A stretch of DNA of 64,000 nt from Lingula anatina (Eukaryota > Animalia > Brachiopoda): assembly GCA_051362555.1 (NCBI GenBank), contig CM120641.1:41856401-41920400 (forward strand), given 5' to 3'. Under the pieces are notes generated by a model. That model was not told the origin of the DNA and searched no databases. It was given only the letters and a program-made list of their open reading frames with translations. The translations under genes and the position numbers were made by a program. This document shows, piece by piece, positions 37,174-51,498 of this stretch (the first letter of the stretch is position 1; each line of letters opens with the position of its first letter).

Positions 37174-40100
37174 GGGGGGGTTGCTAGTTTTGAAAGCATA
37201 ATCACTTGTGAGATGGATTATATATACTTAATGAAAATGAATTCTTCTTTTGTTTGCAGTTATTTGTAAATTTGACAGTTACACATATATTTATTTAAAA
37301 AATAACTTGCAATATTTTATTGGCAATTTTGCTAGCTAACTGTACTGCCAGTAGTACTAGCTAGTATGCTGATCTATCAGTGTGAGTAGTACAGGAGGTA
37401 TAATCCCCATACTCCCAGCTCAGTTTGAAACAGAAGTCAGCTGTTGAAGCACAAAATGTGTGGTTAATACATTTGAATTTGCGAATAAGTAAGATTTATA
37501 TAAATTTTACCAAGGAGTTACAACTGTTGTAACTCCTTGGATAAGTATACTAGTGATATACATGAAAATTCTCAAACACAAGCCTAAAAATTTCGAATAA
37601 GTAAGATTTATATAAATTTTAACAAGGAGTTACAATTCCTTGGATAAGTATACTAGTGATATACATGAAAATTCTCAAACACAAGCCTAAAAATTTCCGT
37701 ACCGTTAGCTTACAGCCAACCTGGTCGAAGGCCTTCATCAGACTGACGTGAGTAGTTGTTCACACTCACTGACCGCTAATGAACATTTTTGCTCATATAC
37801 TAGTGATGTTTATGCAAAGATCATTCTTTATGCCCTTCATTACCTAAAGCTTGCTTTTACAGACTTAGTAAGACACAATACATATTTATATTATAAGTAT
37901 TATATTTGCATTCGAGTACATTTTGTGACTTATTTGACCTGATATACAAATTATGTATTTACTACTTCATTGATTTAAATATATCAAATGATAGTCAAGA
38001 ATACACTGTTCCCCCCCATGCCCCCCCCCCCCCCCCACCCACCCACCCACTGTGCCCCCCCTCCCCCCCAAAAAAATGAGCAAAAAAATTCAAGAGAGAA
38101 AGAGCTGGTCTGGTATTTAGAATTGATGGTGAAGTATACTTGATACAGTTGAAGTCTGCTTGAATAGATTGTATAATTAATAGATTTTTTTGCCTTTAGA
38201 ATAAGTTGCTGAAAAAGTATTGCAATCAACCAGTACAGTCTTGATTCATTATATGTTTTTCACATTAATTGTAAACCCGCACAAACTTAACATTTTTTCC
38301 AACTTGTGCTTTTTTCAGTCAATACAAATGATTCATTTGTCACAGTAATAATTCACCCTATTCATACAAGCATAAATGCTGTAATCTTCTTGTATTAAAT
38401 ATTTTATAAATTTTGCAAACTGAAACATATTATATGAAATTCTCTAGAGTGACTGGAAAAATGTAATCCTTTAGCTACTAGTTCTTGTGCTACTCTTAGC
38501 AAGCAGGGACATTGCTTTAAAATACATAGATACCCCAGTATTTGAAAAGATGCCCTTTGTTATCAGTTGTAAGTATGTATACTAGTACAAGGTAATTCTT
38601 TTGATAGTACAACTAGAGAGCATTCCAAAAATGCAGACACCTACCATGGAAAAAGTCAATAAAAATTCCTGCTAAAGTATTAGGAGAACCTGGTTCAGTT
38701 GATATTGTAATCACTAATTCTCTCTTTCTCTTGGATAACTCTGTATACTGAAAATTTCATCAATAACATGTTTAAAACCTTTGAGATATTTGTCCACTTA
38801 TTAAAGTACATTACCAATGTAAACCAGTGCTAATAAAAATTCACCTCTTTCATTGCTTGTATTATTGTTCAATTGGTTTCATTTAAATACATTGAAAATC
38901 AGTATAACATTCAGGTACAATGTATCTATGGCAATTAATGTTTTTTGCCTTTCTGGGCTGAACACTATTTGGCCCATTACCGTCAAGTATAATTTTCAGA
39001 ATGACATGATTGTTTTGTTTATTATACACTGTACACAAGCACACATATATGATATATAGTTCATACTTTTAATACCCTTATATATGTAACAGTTATATTT
39101 ATCTTTGTTTTGAAACATCTATCTGCCAATGTTAATCATGCTCCTTAGTTATGTTGTGAATATGCTTATATAATCATACTGATAAACTGATTTTGTAGAC
39201 CCAGACATTTATTCCATCATTCAGCAATATTTTGAATATCATTGAATGATAACAGAATCCCTTCAAATCATCTTTATCTTCTGGTACAGCATATTGAATA
39301 AAGTACGGAAGAATATTGACATAGAGAAGGAATAAAGTCTGTAACAACCGTTGCCCTGAGTTTCAGAGTACTCAACTCACCTGTCTGCCATATCAGCATG
39401 GTTGGCAAAAATCTTGCTGGCAGTAGAGGCGAATTTCTTGTGTTTTCTGAAACTCAGGGTAACAGCAGCTGTTAATGAAAAATAGATTGACACTATAACA
39501 GCTTGATGCTGTAACAAATAGAAAAATATAAATTGTCTGACCATTTGATTGTAGACTATGTACACTAGTCTACTTATTATATCTGTAATTATATGAAAAA
39601 AGGGCATTTTCTTTCATGCTAATGTAATCATTGTGCCTTCATTGGGAATTATTCACAAGTTTACAAAGCCAATCATACAACTTTGCATTCGCATTTGTAT
39701 GTACTTTAAATTTTTTATTGTATATATATGATTATGAAAGGGAAATAATGGTGGTAAGACAGATTGCTATTACTAGTATATAAAGAATAAATGGAAAATG
39801 AAACATTGCCAGAATTGACAATTAAATGAACTTATGCAAACTTCATAAGACAGTGACATTATCATATACCGGTACATACTTTGTACATGTATTATGGACT
39901 AATATTGACAGATGGAAATAAATTTATTGTTCATTTGGTTTTTGTTAAAAATATGGACATTAGTTCCCCAAATGTATTATTATCCAGCATTTTCTGTGGG
40001 AATATTCTTTTCAAAGAGAGGGTGGATATTTGTGGAGATCCAGACATTGGATATTTCCTTGGCTACTTATTTGTAGATCTCAGTTTATGAATTCAAAGTG

Positions 40101-43100
40101 ATTCTTTCCCCAGCTTTATACATGTATAACAAAGATATACCACACATCCTTTAAAAAAATGAATTAAAGATATTCATCTTTTGGTTGCTTGAGGTTAGTA
40201 TAATGCTAAACATTCCTAGCTTATAATTCACATCCAGCAGAACTTGAGAGATCTTGGTCTTGTTTTGACTGACTGAGATTCTGAAAAAATGAATTTTACA
40301 ACCCTAAAAACACAAGAAAAGCCATATTTCAAACTAAGGAGCCTTTAATTGGCAGTGATAAGACTGTTGTTAGGACAGTTTGTCTACCATGTAAAAAAAT
40401 GTCATTTTACCAACCTAAATGATTGATGTGAAAAAATTTAGTGGTAAGATGTGTGTTTAGCAGCAATTTTTTCCATAGAAATTTTGAAAACACCTGTTAA
40501 TCAAAATATTTGAGATTCTCACAATTAACCCTATTCAACTCAGCTACCAGTATATACATATGTACCACGTACATATACTGTTTAGTTACACATGCTTCCA
40601 CTGCATTTCAAAAAAAAAAAAAAAAAAAAAATGGTGGGTTTTCCAACATAAATAATACTTAAAGCTCAAATTTATCACCAGAAATGGAATTTTTTGACAA
40701 CCTTAAAAACATAAAAGAAGCAAATAAGTAACTTATTATGGCACATCCTTTTGATGTTTAATATCCTGCTTCTTTTAAAAAACAAATTAATTACATTGTT
40801 TTTCTTTCCCTGCTCTTTGTTATTAACTCTGTCAATTACCATCCTTTCAGAGCTGGAAGTTTCAGTTAATTTTAATTATATATGAGGTTTATTTTTTGTA
40901 GTTATATTATCTCCTGACAAAGATAGGCAGAATTCTTCTCAATTTGATTGTTTGTTATTGAAATTTTTTGGGGTTCATCTTTTGAATAACATCTCTACTT
41001 CAGTGATCCCTCCTTGCTTATATACACTCCCAGGCCTGCATAATATTAGGCTGTGTTCACATGAAAAATCTATTTTCTAAAAATCTAAAAATCTATTTGC
41101 GGTATCTTGTGATCATGGTCTGTGCCCTGAATACCCCGCGGCGTAATTACTGGCAGCGCCGAGAATTAATTACAGCTTTGAAAGGAACTGGCTTGCGCTG
41201 TCCGTAATTACGCCATGGGGTATTCAGGGCACAGACTGATCACAAGATACCGCAAATAGATTTTTAGAAAATAGATTTTGCATGTGAACGCAGCCTTAGC
41301 AGTATGCTATCACCCAGATACCTCCCCTCCCCCCTGGTACTCTTTTGCATTGTTACTTTCCCACACTGTTACCCCCACCCACCCACGCTCATCTTGGGTG
41401 TGTGAATGTGCACACACACACATGCACGCACGCACGCATGCATGCACACACACACACACACACACACACTGTTCTGAACTGTTGAAAACTTTGTTGTGAG
41501 TTGTGTTGTGTTGCATGCCATACTACCATCGATGTTTATCATTTTTGACTACATCCTGTTTCCTTTAAACAATAAGGAATTTGTTTTCTTTCCCTTGGTT
41601 TTCGTATTTATAAGTGATATTAACCTTTTCTTCCTTTCTACCCATGTACAGTAAGTTTTTTTATAGGTCATTTTTAGAGATATTAATTTCTATCCCTTGG
41701 TAAAGATTTGGCAGGAATTTCAATAGATTAATTGCAACTCCCTGTTTTGAAAAGTGCCTTTCATTATATTTTATCATTTGTTCAAGCAATCAACTTTTTC
41801 ACAAAAATAGGTACATTGACCAACAATGGCCTTAAAGAATTCTTGAACCTGGTGAAAAAAGTAAGTGATTTGTGTTTCTTGGGACTAATTAAAACATGTT
41901 TTCTACCTGTGAGACATGTCATTGTTTGGTCTGATTACAACACAAAAAAAATGTATTCCACCATATTTTAAAACTTGAAATAAAAAAGTTCCTGATCTTA
42001 TGCTTGTGAGGTAGATACGGAGACAAATAAAATTATATTTTTACTTAAAATTTGCACTGACAAGCACATCAAATTTGATGATCTTGTTTTCCACCAGGAA
42101 ACAATTTGGATGATAAATCACATGTGTGTGCACATTTGTCAGGTTAAGTTCCTGAACTGAAATATAGAGGAAGGTCTAGTGTTCTTTGCAGAAATTATTC
42201 AGAAAAAAATGAATTATTTATTCAGATAATAAGACACTGATCTGTAGACTACTGAAAATGGGGGAATGGTAATTAATATGTATTTATTTACCTGTTTTTC
42301 AGTGCATCTATTGTGCAAAACAGCATTTGGTTTCATTTATTTTTGCTGTGCAAATATTTTCAGGAACTACCGTACCTATGTTTTGGCGTTTTACCCACTT
42401 AAATAAGAATGTTGACTGTTGTATCCTTTAACCAGTTGCAATCACAGGTGTAGAGATACAGGATGCTAACTTCTCATCAAAATCAAGAATATGGATCCCG
42501 AACATGCATTGTTGGTATGTCATGTTGATTTTCTTTTGAAATTTTTATTCAGCCATGAGGTTTGATGGAAGACATGAATTATGATTTTAAAAAAAAATCT
42601 ATTGGTTTTTATTTTGTATATGGAGTCCTTACTATTGCCAGCTGAAAAAAATGGATGAATAGGTAACCACCACTAACTTGATCTGTTCAACAAAATATCC
42701 AATAAGAACTAATTTTTGGGTTATAGTGATTTTGACATTATTTTGCAGGTTTTTTTAGGATAGCTAGAGAAAATGTTTATAAATTTCTGACTGACGTGCT
42801 TGCAGTCATCTGGGTCCACTAAAATGTGAATTGATATTTGATATTACCCTCTACCAGGGCCACAGATTGATTTTTCTTGTCTCTGGATAAATTGATGGAA
42901 CTTTTCTGAACTGTAGAAAAAAATGCACATAATTATTGGTGGCCCTTGTTGATGGTAATTTGATATACACCAGAACTTGTCTAAATGACAAAGTTTCATG
43001 CTCCACTTTTTATTTTTATTTTTGGGTCTAAATCTGAATTGCCTTAATCTAAATTGTTTAATGCTCTATTTCACTTTTGACAGGACCAGCGAAAAAGTAC

Positions 43101-43186
43101 CAAAAAGCATATATCAATATTTGAAATAGCATAGCATGCAGTTATAGATGTCAAGTTTTATAAGAGTTCTAATGTAGGGTTTTAGG

Positions 43187-43218
<32 letters not shown>

Positions 43219-44461
43219 CATCTAAAGCTAGTGTATGTTTGACCTACAATTCATTTCTAACAGCGAAAAGCCTCTTATAGTAATTCAGCAAACTTTTCTA
43301 TAGGTATGTTGCAAATTTAATTTCATTTAATTTTTGTAAATTAACTGATGCGTCATTATCCCACCTTCTAATTAAATACACTTTGGAGTGCTGGGGTACC
43401 AGTATCTATAAATTATACATGCATGAAACACAATGATTAAAGCTCAGTCACTAATATGTTTGAAGTGCTAAACAGATTGATGATCAGAATTGCTTTAGCA
43501 TTATTGGTACACATAACCTTAGTGCATCAAGCTGTAATCATAGAGTCTCTGATCTTATTTATGGGTCTCCAATGACCTGGAAGACTTCTACCATTAGATC
43601 TTTTAGTGCTCGTTACCAAGATCAAGATCAATCAATAATTTCAAGTAAAATGTGTTTCAATTTGAGTTAAGGAAATGTGATGTACTGCTAATTCTTTATC
43701 CTGAGGTTAGTTTCCAGTGCACCCCTGCTTTTCCATTTTCAAAACTGCACATGTGTGCACTTACATCGTGGATATGTATGAAAATGTAAAGATGAAGATT
43801 ATAGGAAAATGTTGCCTTGGAAACGCATGCTACCACTCTGCTGTTCATGAGGATGGAAACTAATAAATATTAGTCATATTTAATCATTATGATAGACTAT
43901 TGATCACAGTTGTATATCTAACATGTCAATGAAATGTTTCACACTGTGCAATATTTGATGGGAATAAAGCAGACTTTTAGTATTTGCTCTTGGTGGCTTC
44001 ATGTTTATTGCAATACACCGTTACATGCACACGAGGAAAATTCAATGAAAGCAGTCAGCAATTGCTGAATTTTCCTAGAAATCTTTGCCTATTATGCAGT
44101 TCGAAGGAGAGAGCAAGGTCAAAAGATGCTGAATTCAACATCATAAGAGGAGGAATATCTACACAAAACCAGTTTTGTACATCAGTCTGTGATGTATTTC
44201 CCGTTTCCTCTAATGCAGAGCACAGAAATCATTGCCTGAGAAGACATTTTGTGGCTGTTCATATGTAAATGTCATTGCATGCAAGCAGGGTTATCTTTAG
44301 TTAAAGCTTGCAATTGGACTTGTTCGCGAGGGCTTGGAGAGAAGAAGGCTTGATTGAATACGTGCACTGGTGCTGGCACCATGGCCAGTGTTATCACTAA
44401 CATACTGTACACAAATGATGATACTCAGTGGGTAGTTTTGGAAGGTAATTTTCTTTCTTTC

Positions 44462-44493
<32 letters not shown>

Positions 44494-47400
44494 TTCAATC
44501 AGAATTTTATTGTCTACAAAGAGAAGATGATTAGAGGTTAAGATGAATATGAAGAATGAACAGTCACAAGGTAAACTGACAGAGAATAAATAGTTAAGGT
44601 AAAATAGGACATTAAAATAATTAGAGTCTGAGGGTTATTTTCTCTGGATTGTATAAATGAAACATGGCTTGATTATTTATCAATCTATATATTTTATGTA
44701 TTTTGTTGGGCCTTTGATGCTGTAAATCATAAAAAAATTGACATTAACTGAATATAAAAGTCCCTTTGAAGAATGTTTTGTGAATGAATTTAATTATTGA
44801 TCAAACATATGATGTCTGCTTGTTTATACAGAAAAAGGGGTCATTGCTGCTTCCTGCAGACAGTTAAACCCATTTTTTTGTAGCTGTTGGGTACATTTTA
44901 TCCATTTTATCAGTAATTCAATCTTTTTTATATAAATAATATACGTGAAATGTTAAGCCAATTTCTAGAATGTGAAATATGAATGCTCTTTATTGTTTTG
45001 TTCTAACAACATTCATACAAGATTTTATTATCTATAGGCAAGTTGCTGCATTCAATTTAATATAATTTACTCTCAGATTCTAAGTATCGGCAAACCTTAG
45101 GAATTGAAGATATTTTATCCGTTGGGATCACTCTTGGACATTTTCTGTATCGAGCAAGTTTCATTTTTTTTCTTTTTGCTTAGTTGGTGTCAAAACTGCA
45201 AATCTGATCAAAAATTTAATTTGTTTAATAATAAGATATTATAACTGAATGTTATTATTAAGTGAAATTTTGAGGGTCACCTGTCTATGCTCGTTACTAC
45301 AAGTAACTTCCCCACATTGTTACAGACTTTCTCACATCATTACTCCCCCTAGCAAAATCATGATGTTACCTGCATCTACTTGCCCCCATATCGTTACTTC
45401 CCCCACACCTTTACTCCCTTTAAATGGTTTTTGAATGATAATGTAAAAAACTTGTCACTAGCCTATTGTGTTATTTATAGATGAGTAAAGTTTTTAAATG
45501 GAGAATTATGTTTTAAATTATTTCTCCAGTCCAGGGTAGTCACTGTGCAGGGGAGAAATGGGGTGAATAACTGTGCACGGGACATAACAGGGTGTTTACA
45601 AGTAAATTTCCAATAGTAGCTGGTGCCTAAACATGAGTTTATCTATTTTTAGGGGAAGAAGAGCACCACAAGCGAGTGAGCTATGGTGTAGCGGTACGCC
45701 AGTTAAGATGTCGTTGCACCAGAACCAAGGTTGCTGCTACAGGAGGAATTGTCTTCACTTTCCTGGTGTGCATCACTCTACTCTCTATTTCCTATCAACC
45801 AAGGATCGATCAAAAACCAGGAATCTCAAATCAACAGAAAGAAAATGTAGGGGATTGGAATTCCACCAGACTTTCCACAGATGTGAGACCAGACTCTTAT
45901 GTTTTATACATGCATCCCAATCTCACAACATTCACATTCAGTGGTTGGGTGAACATAACAGTATCTGTGACAAGCAATACAAATAACATTGTTCTACATG
46001 CACAGAATCTCAATATTTCACAGGAAAAGATAACACTTACCACAAAAGATGGCAAAAAAAGACTTGGTGTGATTAAGACTGATAGTGATCCAGATGAAAA
46101 AGAATACTTCATTCAGTTTTCTGAGGCTTTAAATGCAAAGCAGCAGTATGTGCTCCATATGGAGTTTAGTGGGTTGTTGAGGGACACAATGTATGGATTG
46201 TACAACAGTTCATACAAGAATGACAAGGGGGAGACCAGGTAAGGTGCAAAATGTCACAATAAACATGTCTTGTCAGTGTCACATACATACAGTGATACTT
46301 TAACAGTAAATACTATTATTTAGACTTAACTTTCAGTAGGGATAATATTTTGGATTGAGACATAATGCATGATTAAATAATTGATTAATTAAAATATTAT
46401 ATTGCAGTGGTTGATGATGAATATGAATAAATTCTCTTTTGGAAAAATCATTTTATGTCAGATTATCTTAATGTTAGGGGAAGGCTGTGTTTTTATTGTT
46501 AATATTATCAACCTTTGATGTACTATATAGTAACTTGACATCTAGTACTGTCACCTTTGTGAATTAATTATATTTTGGTTGAAGCAATTTGAAATGTTTA
46601 AAATGATTGTCATCTTTTGTCAATTTATAAACAGTGTATTAGTTATTCTGACCATAATTGTATACCTCAGATACCTTGCCACTACACAGTTTGAAGCTGC
46701 ACATGCAAGAGCAGCCTTCCCATGTTTTGATGAACCCAGTTTCAAGGCCAAGTTTTCTCTCTCGATGGTTCGCCATCCCCGTATGCACAATGTTTCCCTG
46801 TTTAACATGCCCAAGAAAAGTAGCGAAACTTTGGCTAATGGACTGGTGGTGGACCATTTTGAGGAATCTGTAAAAATGAGTTCCTATCTGGTGGCCTTCA
46901 TTGTATGTGATTTTGCCAAAATCACAGCAAATTCCACTGGTGGAACTCAGGTGAGTTAGCATCCAGCTCACTTGCTGTAGAGTTTGTTAAACTAATATAA
47001 TGGCTACCAGACAATTTCACTGTTTTATATGGACCCATTTGTTCTTTTACTTTTTAAATTTTAATTAATAAATTACTAGTATTCTAATTTATTTGATTGA
47101 CTTATTTATTCTTATCAGTGCCCAAATTTGCAAGTGACAGTTCTTAATAGAATAAATGATAAAATGTCTGCACCCTTTTCAGTTGCGTTTTAATATCCTT
47201 ATATTAAATATTTCAATATTGACATTTGCGCATCTTCAGGTTTCTGTGTATGCCCCTCCTCATTTGATATCCCAGGCAGAGTATGCTCTGGATGTAGCCT
47301 CTAAGGTCTTATCATACTATGAGGAATTCTTTGGAGTGGCTTTCCCTTTGCCAAAGCAAGGTAATTTATTAAATTTTTTACTGAGAACTTTGAAATATAC

Positions 47401-50400
47401 AGTCTTTTCCATAGACCAAATATCATAATTATATTATTATAGTGTATATATGTACAGGCTACATTTGTTGGATGAGAAGTAAAAGTTATCACTTTGATTT
47501 AAGTATTTGCCAGCTTTTTTTAAAAGAAAATTAGAAGATATTTAGTAGCTAATATGAGTAAAATACGGGAAGTCAATTATTTAAACTATTTAATATTTCA
47601 GTTCATTCACATAGAGATATGTTATTGATATTACGAGGTCACAGCAAATGGCAATATTAGGGGGTTGTTTGAGTCATCAAATAAATAAAAAGAAAAGATT
47701 TAAACCTCCTATTCTTATATTTTAAGATCTGGTAGCTATCCCAGACTTTTCAGCAGGAGCAATGGAAAACTGGGGTTTGATCACCTACAGAATGACAGCC
47801 ATCTTGTACGAGGAAGGAGTGTCTGACTCCAGTGATAAGGAGTGGGTGGCTGTGGTGATAGCACATGAACTGGCACACCAGGTTAGCTTTTATCTTCTTT
47901 GCATAATATTCATATTTCTCCTAAAATGCTAATTTAAATGTATTTTTCTTTTTTTTTCCAAAATATGAAAAAATATTTAGGTATCCAGTTTTGGCGGTGT
48001 AAGACACCAGTTTCAGAAAGTGTTTTGAAATACTTCCTAACTCTGTGTGGAATAATTTATATTTCTGCTTTTAAGTAAAGAATTTAATGGCTTTTTATGT
48101 ACAGACACAGATGTGTCTGTACATATAGCCATCATCTGCGTCTGTCGTCGCCGTCGCCGTCGTCGCCGTCGCCGTGCACTCTTACCGATAACACGATAAG
48201 TGGAAAACTGTTTTTTCTTTTGGCTTGAAACTTGCAGAACCGATGAATATTCGTAATACGCAGGTCAAGTTCGAAAATCAGCATGATCGGGTCACTTATA
48301 GGGAATTTATGCTGTTTTTTCACTTTTTTCAGCATATATGCAGCACCGATAACATGATAAGTGGAAAATCATTTTACCTTTTGGCTTGAAACTTACAGAA
48401 CTGATGAATATTTATAATACGCAGGTCAAGTTCGAAAATCAGCATGATCGGGTCACTTATAGGGAATTTATGCTGTTTTTTCACTTTTTTCAGCATATAT
48501 GCAGCACCGATAACACGATAAGTGGAAAATCATTTTACCTTTTGGCTTGAAACTTACAGAACTGATGAATATTCATAATACGCAGGTCAAGTTCGAAAAT
48601 CAGCATGATCGGGTCACTTATAGGGAATTTATGCTGTTTTTTCACTTTTTTCAGCATATATGCAGCACCGATAACACGATAAGTGGAAAACCATTTTACC
48701 TTTTGGCTTGAAACTTACAGAACTGATGAATATTCATAATACGCAGGTCAAGTTCGAAAATCAGCGTGATTGGGTCATTTTTAGTGAATTTAGGCTATTT
48801 TTTCTCTTTTTTCAGCATATATGCAGCACCGATAACACCATAAATGGAAAACCATTTTACCTTTTGGCTTGAAACTTACAAAACTGATGAATATTCAAAA
48901 TACGCAGGTCAAGTTTGAAAATCAGCATGATCGGGCCATTTTTAGGGATGTTATGCTGTTTTTTCACTTCTTTCAACATATATGCAACGCTAATAACACA
49001 ATATAAGAAAAACAGATAGGCCAATTGTCATTATACTCACAGGTGTAGTCAAACTAACTAAAACGCAGGTTGAGTTCCAAAATCAGCATAATCGGGCCAT
49101 TCTTTTAGAAGTTATGCTGTTTTTTCACATTTCCTCAGATTCAATTGTTAGGCATATTAACAGTCTCATTATTGAACTAATAAGATACGTAAAAGTGTTT
49201 GTTTGACATTTCCTGCATCTTAATAACATTGTTAGTTGATTATGTAAAAATGATGGTAAACTTGTTATTGTGTTTTATGTTATAAAGTGTCAAAAATGGA
49301 AATAAACAAATATCATTGCAGTTTGTCAGATTCAATCATCTACTATATTCATTATCTCAGAATGGAGGAAATTGGACATTTAACACTGTTCTATTGATAT
49401 TTTTCCCATCTCATCAATTTTCTTAGTTGATCATATACAAATGGTAGAAAACTGTTTATATTGTTTTATGTTAAAAAAGTGTTTTAAAAATGGAAGTAAA
49501 TCCATTGCAGAACAGTGCTGTCTTGTTTCAGCATATATGCAGCACCAATAACACGATAAGTGGAAAACCATTTTAACTTTTCCCTTGAAACTTACAAAAC
49601 TGATGAATATTCATAATACGCAGGTCAAGTTTGAAAATCAGCATGATCGGGTCATTTTTAGGGAAGTTATGCTGTTTTTCACTTTTTTCACCATATATGC
49701 AACACTGATAACATGATAAGTGAAAAATCATTTTACCTTTTGGCTTGAAACTTGCAGAACTAATGAATATTCATATTACGCAGGTCAAGTTTGAAAATCA
49801 GTATGATTGGGTCATTTTTAGGGAAGTTATGCTGTTTTTCACTTTTTTCAGCATATATGCAACACTGATAACATGATAAGTGGAAAACCATTTTACCTTT
49901 TGGTTTGAAACTTGCAGAACTAATGAACATTCATAATACGCAGGTCAAGTTTGAAAATCAGCATCATCGGGTCATTTTTAGGGAAGTAATGCTGTTTTTT
50001 CACTTTTTTCAGCATGTATGCAACACCTTTGTGCTATATGATGGTACTGTATGGATGACAGTCTATAAAATTGTCCCTTGGGTGATCACTAATTAAATTA
50101 AGGTCTATAAAGTCACTTGCCTACTCATTAATTTTCAATTGGCCATTAAATGAGATTACATAAAACACTCCTTGAGATTTCCCTGTAAAGTCCCATAGGT
50201 TTAGCTCTCTTAACTGTGTCACAAAATTAGGATTTGGTGATAATTGTGCAGATAAATGGTGTTTAACATTGCAAATAAATTTACAACAAAAAGAATGTGT
50301 TATGCCAACATGCTATAGATGAATAACAGTGCTTTATTTTTCTCAAACTTGGTGGGGTTATTAATATCAAGTTAATGCAGCTAGATTAAAAGTTTGAATA

Positions 50401-51411
50401 GCAGCTTTATTGGAATTTTTTACGTTTTATTAAAATTTTTTTTTAAATTATTTTTCAAACACAAGCATCTTCAAGATGTGATTTTATACTCCCATCCACC
50501 AGAAGTGCTGTGCATTTTCTGTATTTTTGTACAGTATATAATTGTTATTTCTTCAGATTTAATTCTTAGGCATGTTAACAGTCTCATTATGGAACTAATA
50601 AGATATGTAAAAGTGTTGTTTTGACATTTTCTGCTTCTTAACAATATTGTTTGTTGATTATATAAAAATGATGGTAAACCTGTTATAATATTGTGCATTG
50701 TGTAATAAAGTATCATAAATGGAAAGGAACACATCATTGCAGTTTGTCAGATTTAATCATTCACTATGTTCAGCATCTGCAAATGGAGCAAATTGGACAT
50801 TGAAAATTGTTCTATTGCTATTTTTCCTATGTCAACAATTTTCCTAGTTGAACATTTAAAAATGACAGTTTATTGATCATTTTGTTTTAAAAAAGGTGTT
50901 GAAAATGGAAAGAAAATCATTTCAGTACAGTTATCTCTTGTTTACATTTTGGCATTTTGAAAGTGTGACTCTGAACTTCCATGGCCTTGAAGACCTTCCC
51001 AAATCACATTTTCTGAATATTCATGATACTTTTATTTTTTTATATAAAATTTGATGGTCATTATGCTGTTAAGTATTATGTTTTATTGCATGAAAGTTGA
51101 AGAAAACCCTATTTTGGACACTGCTGCCAGGATAGCGATTAAGGGAAAACCATGTTACTTACGATACTGAAACTTAGTGAAAAGTTTCATAAGACAGAAG
51201 TGCGCAGCTTGTGTTTGAAAACCAGTGTGATTGTTTTCTGTTATGGAGGCAATGCAGGTTTATAGAGTGCTATACTGGCATTTTCAAGTTGTGACTTATC
51301 ACTCCTATCTGCCAGGAGCCCTGTACTCTTACTTTGTAACATTTTCTGTATTTTGTTAAGTTACAAGAATGATTCTTAGGATTGACATACAGCCCAAAAA
51401 AAAAAAATTAA

Positions 51412-51498
<87 letters not shown>

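Noticed and set aside
48184-50027. Regularly spaced repeats resembling a CRISPR array
   Set aside because: Whole ~161-bp units repeat with no unique spacers, no cas genes, eukaryotic intron context.
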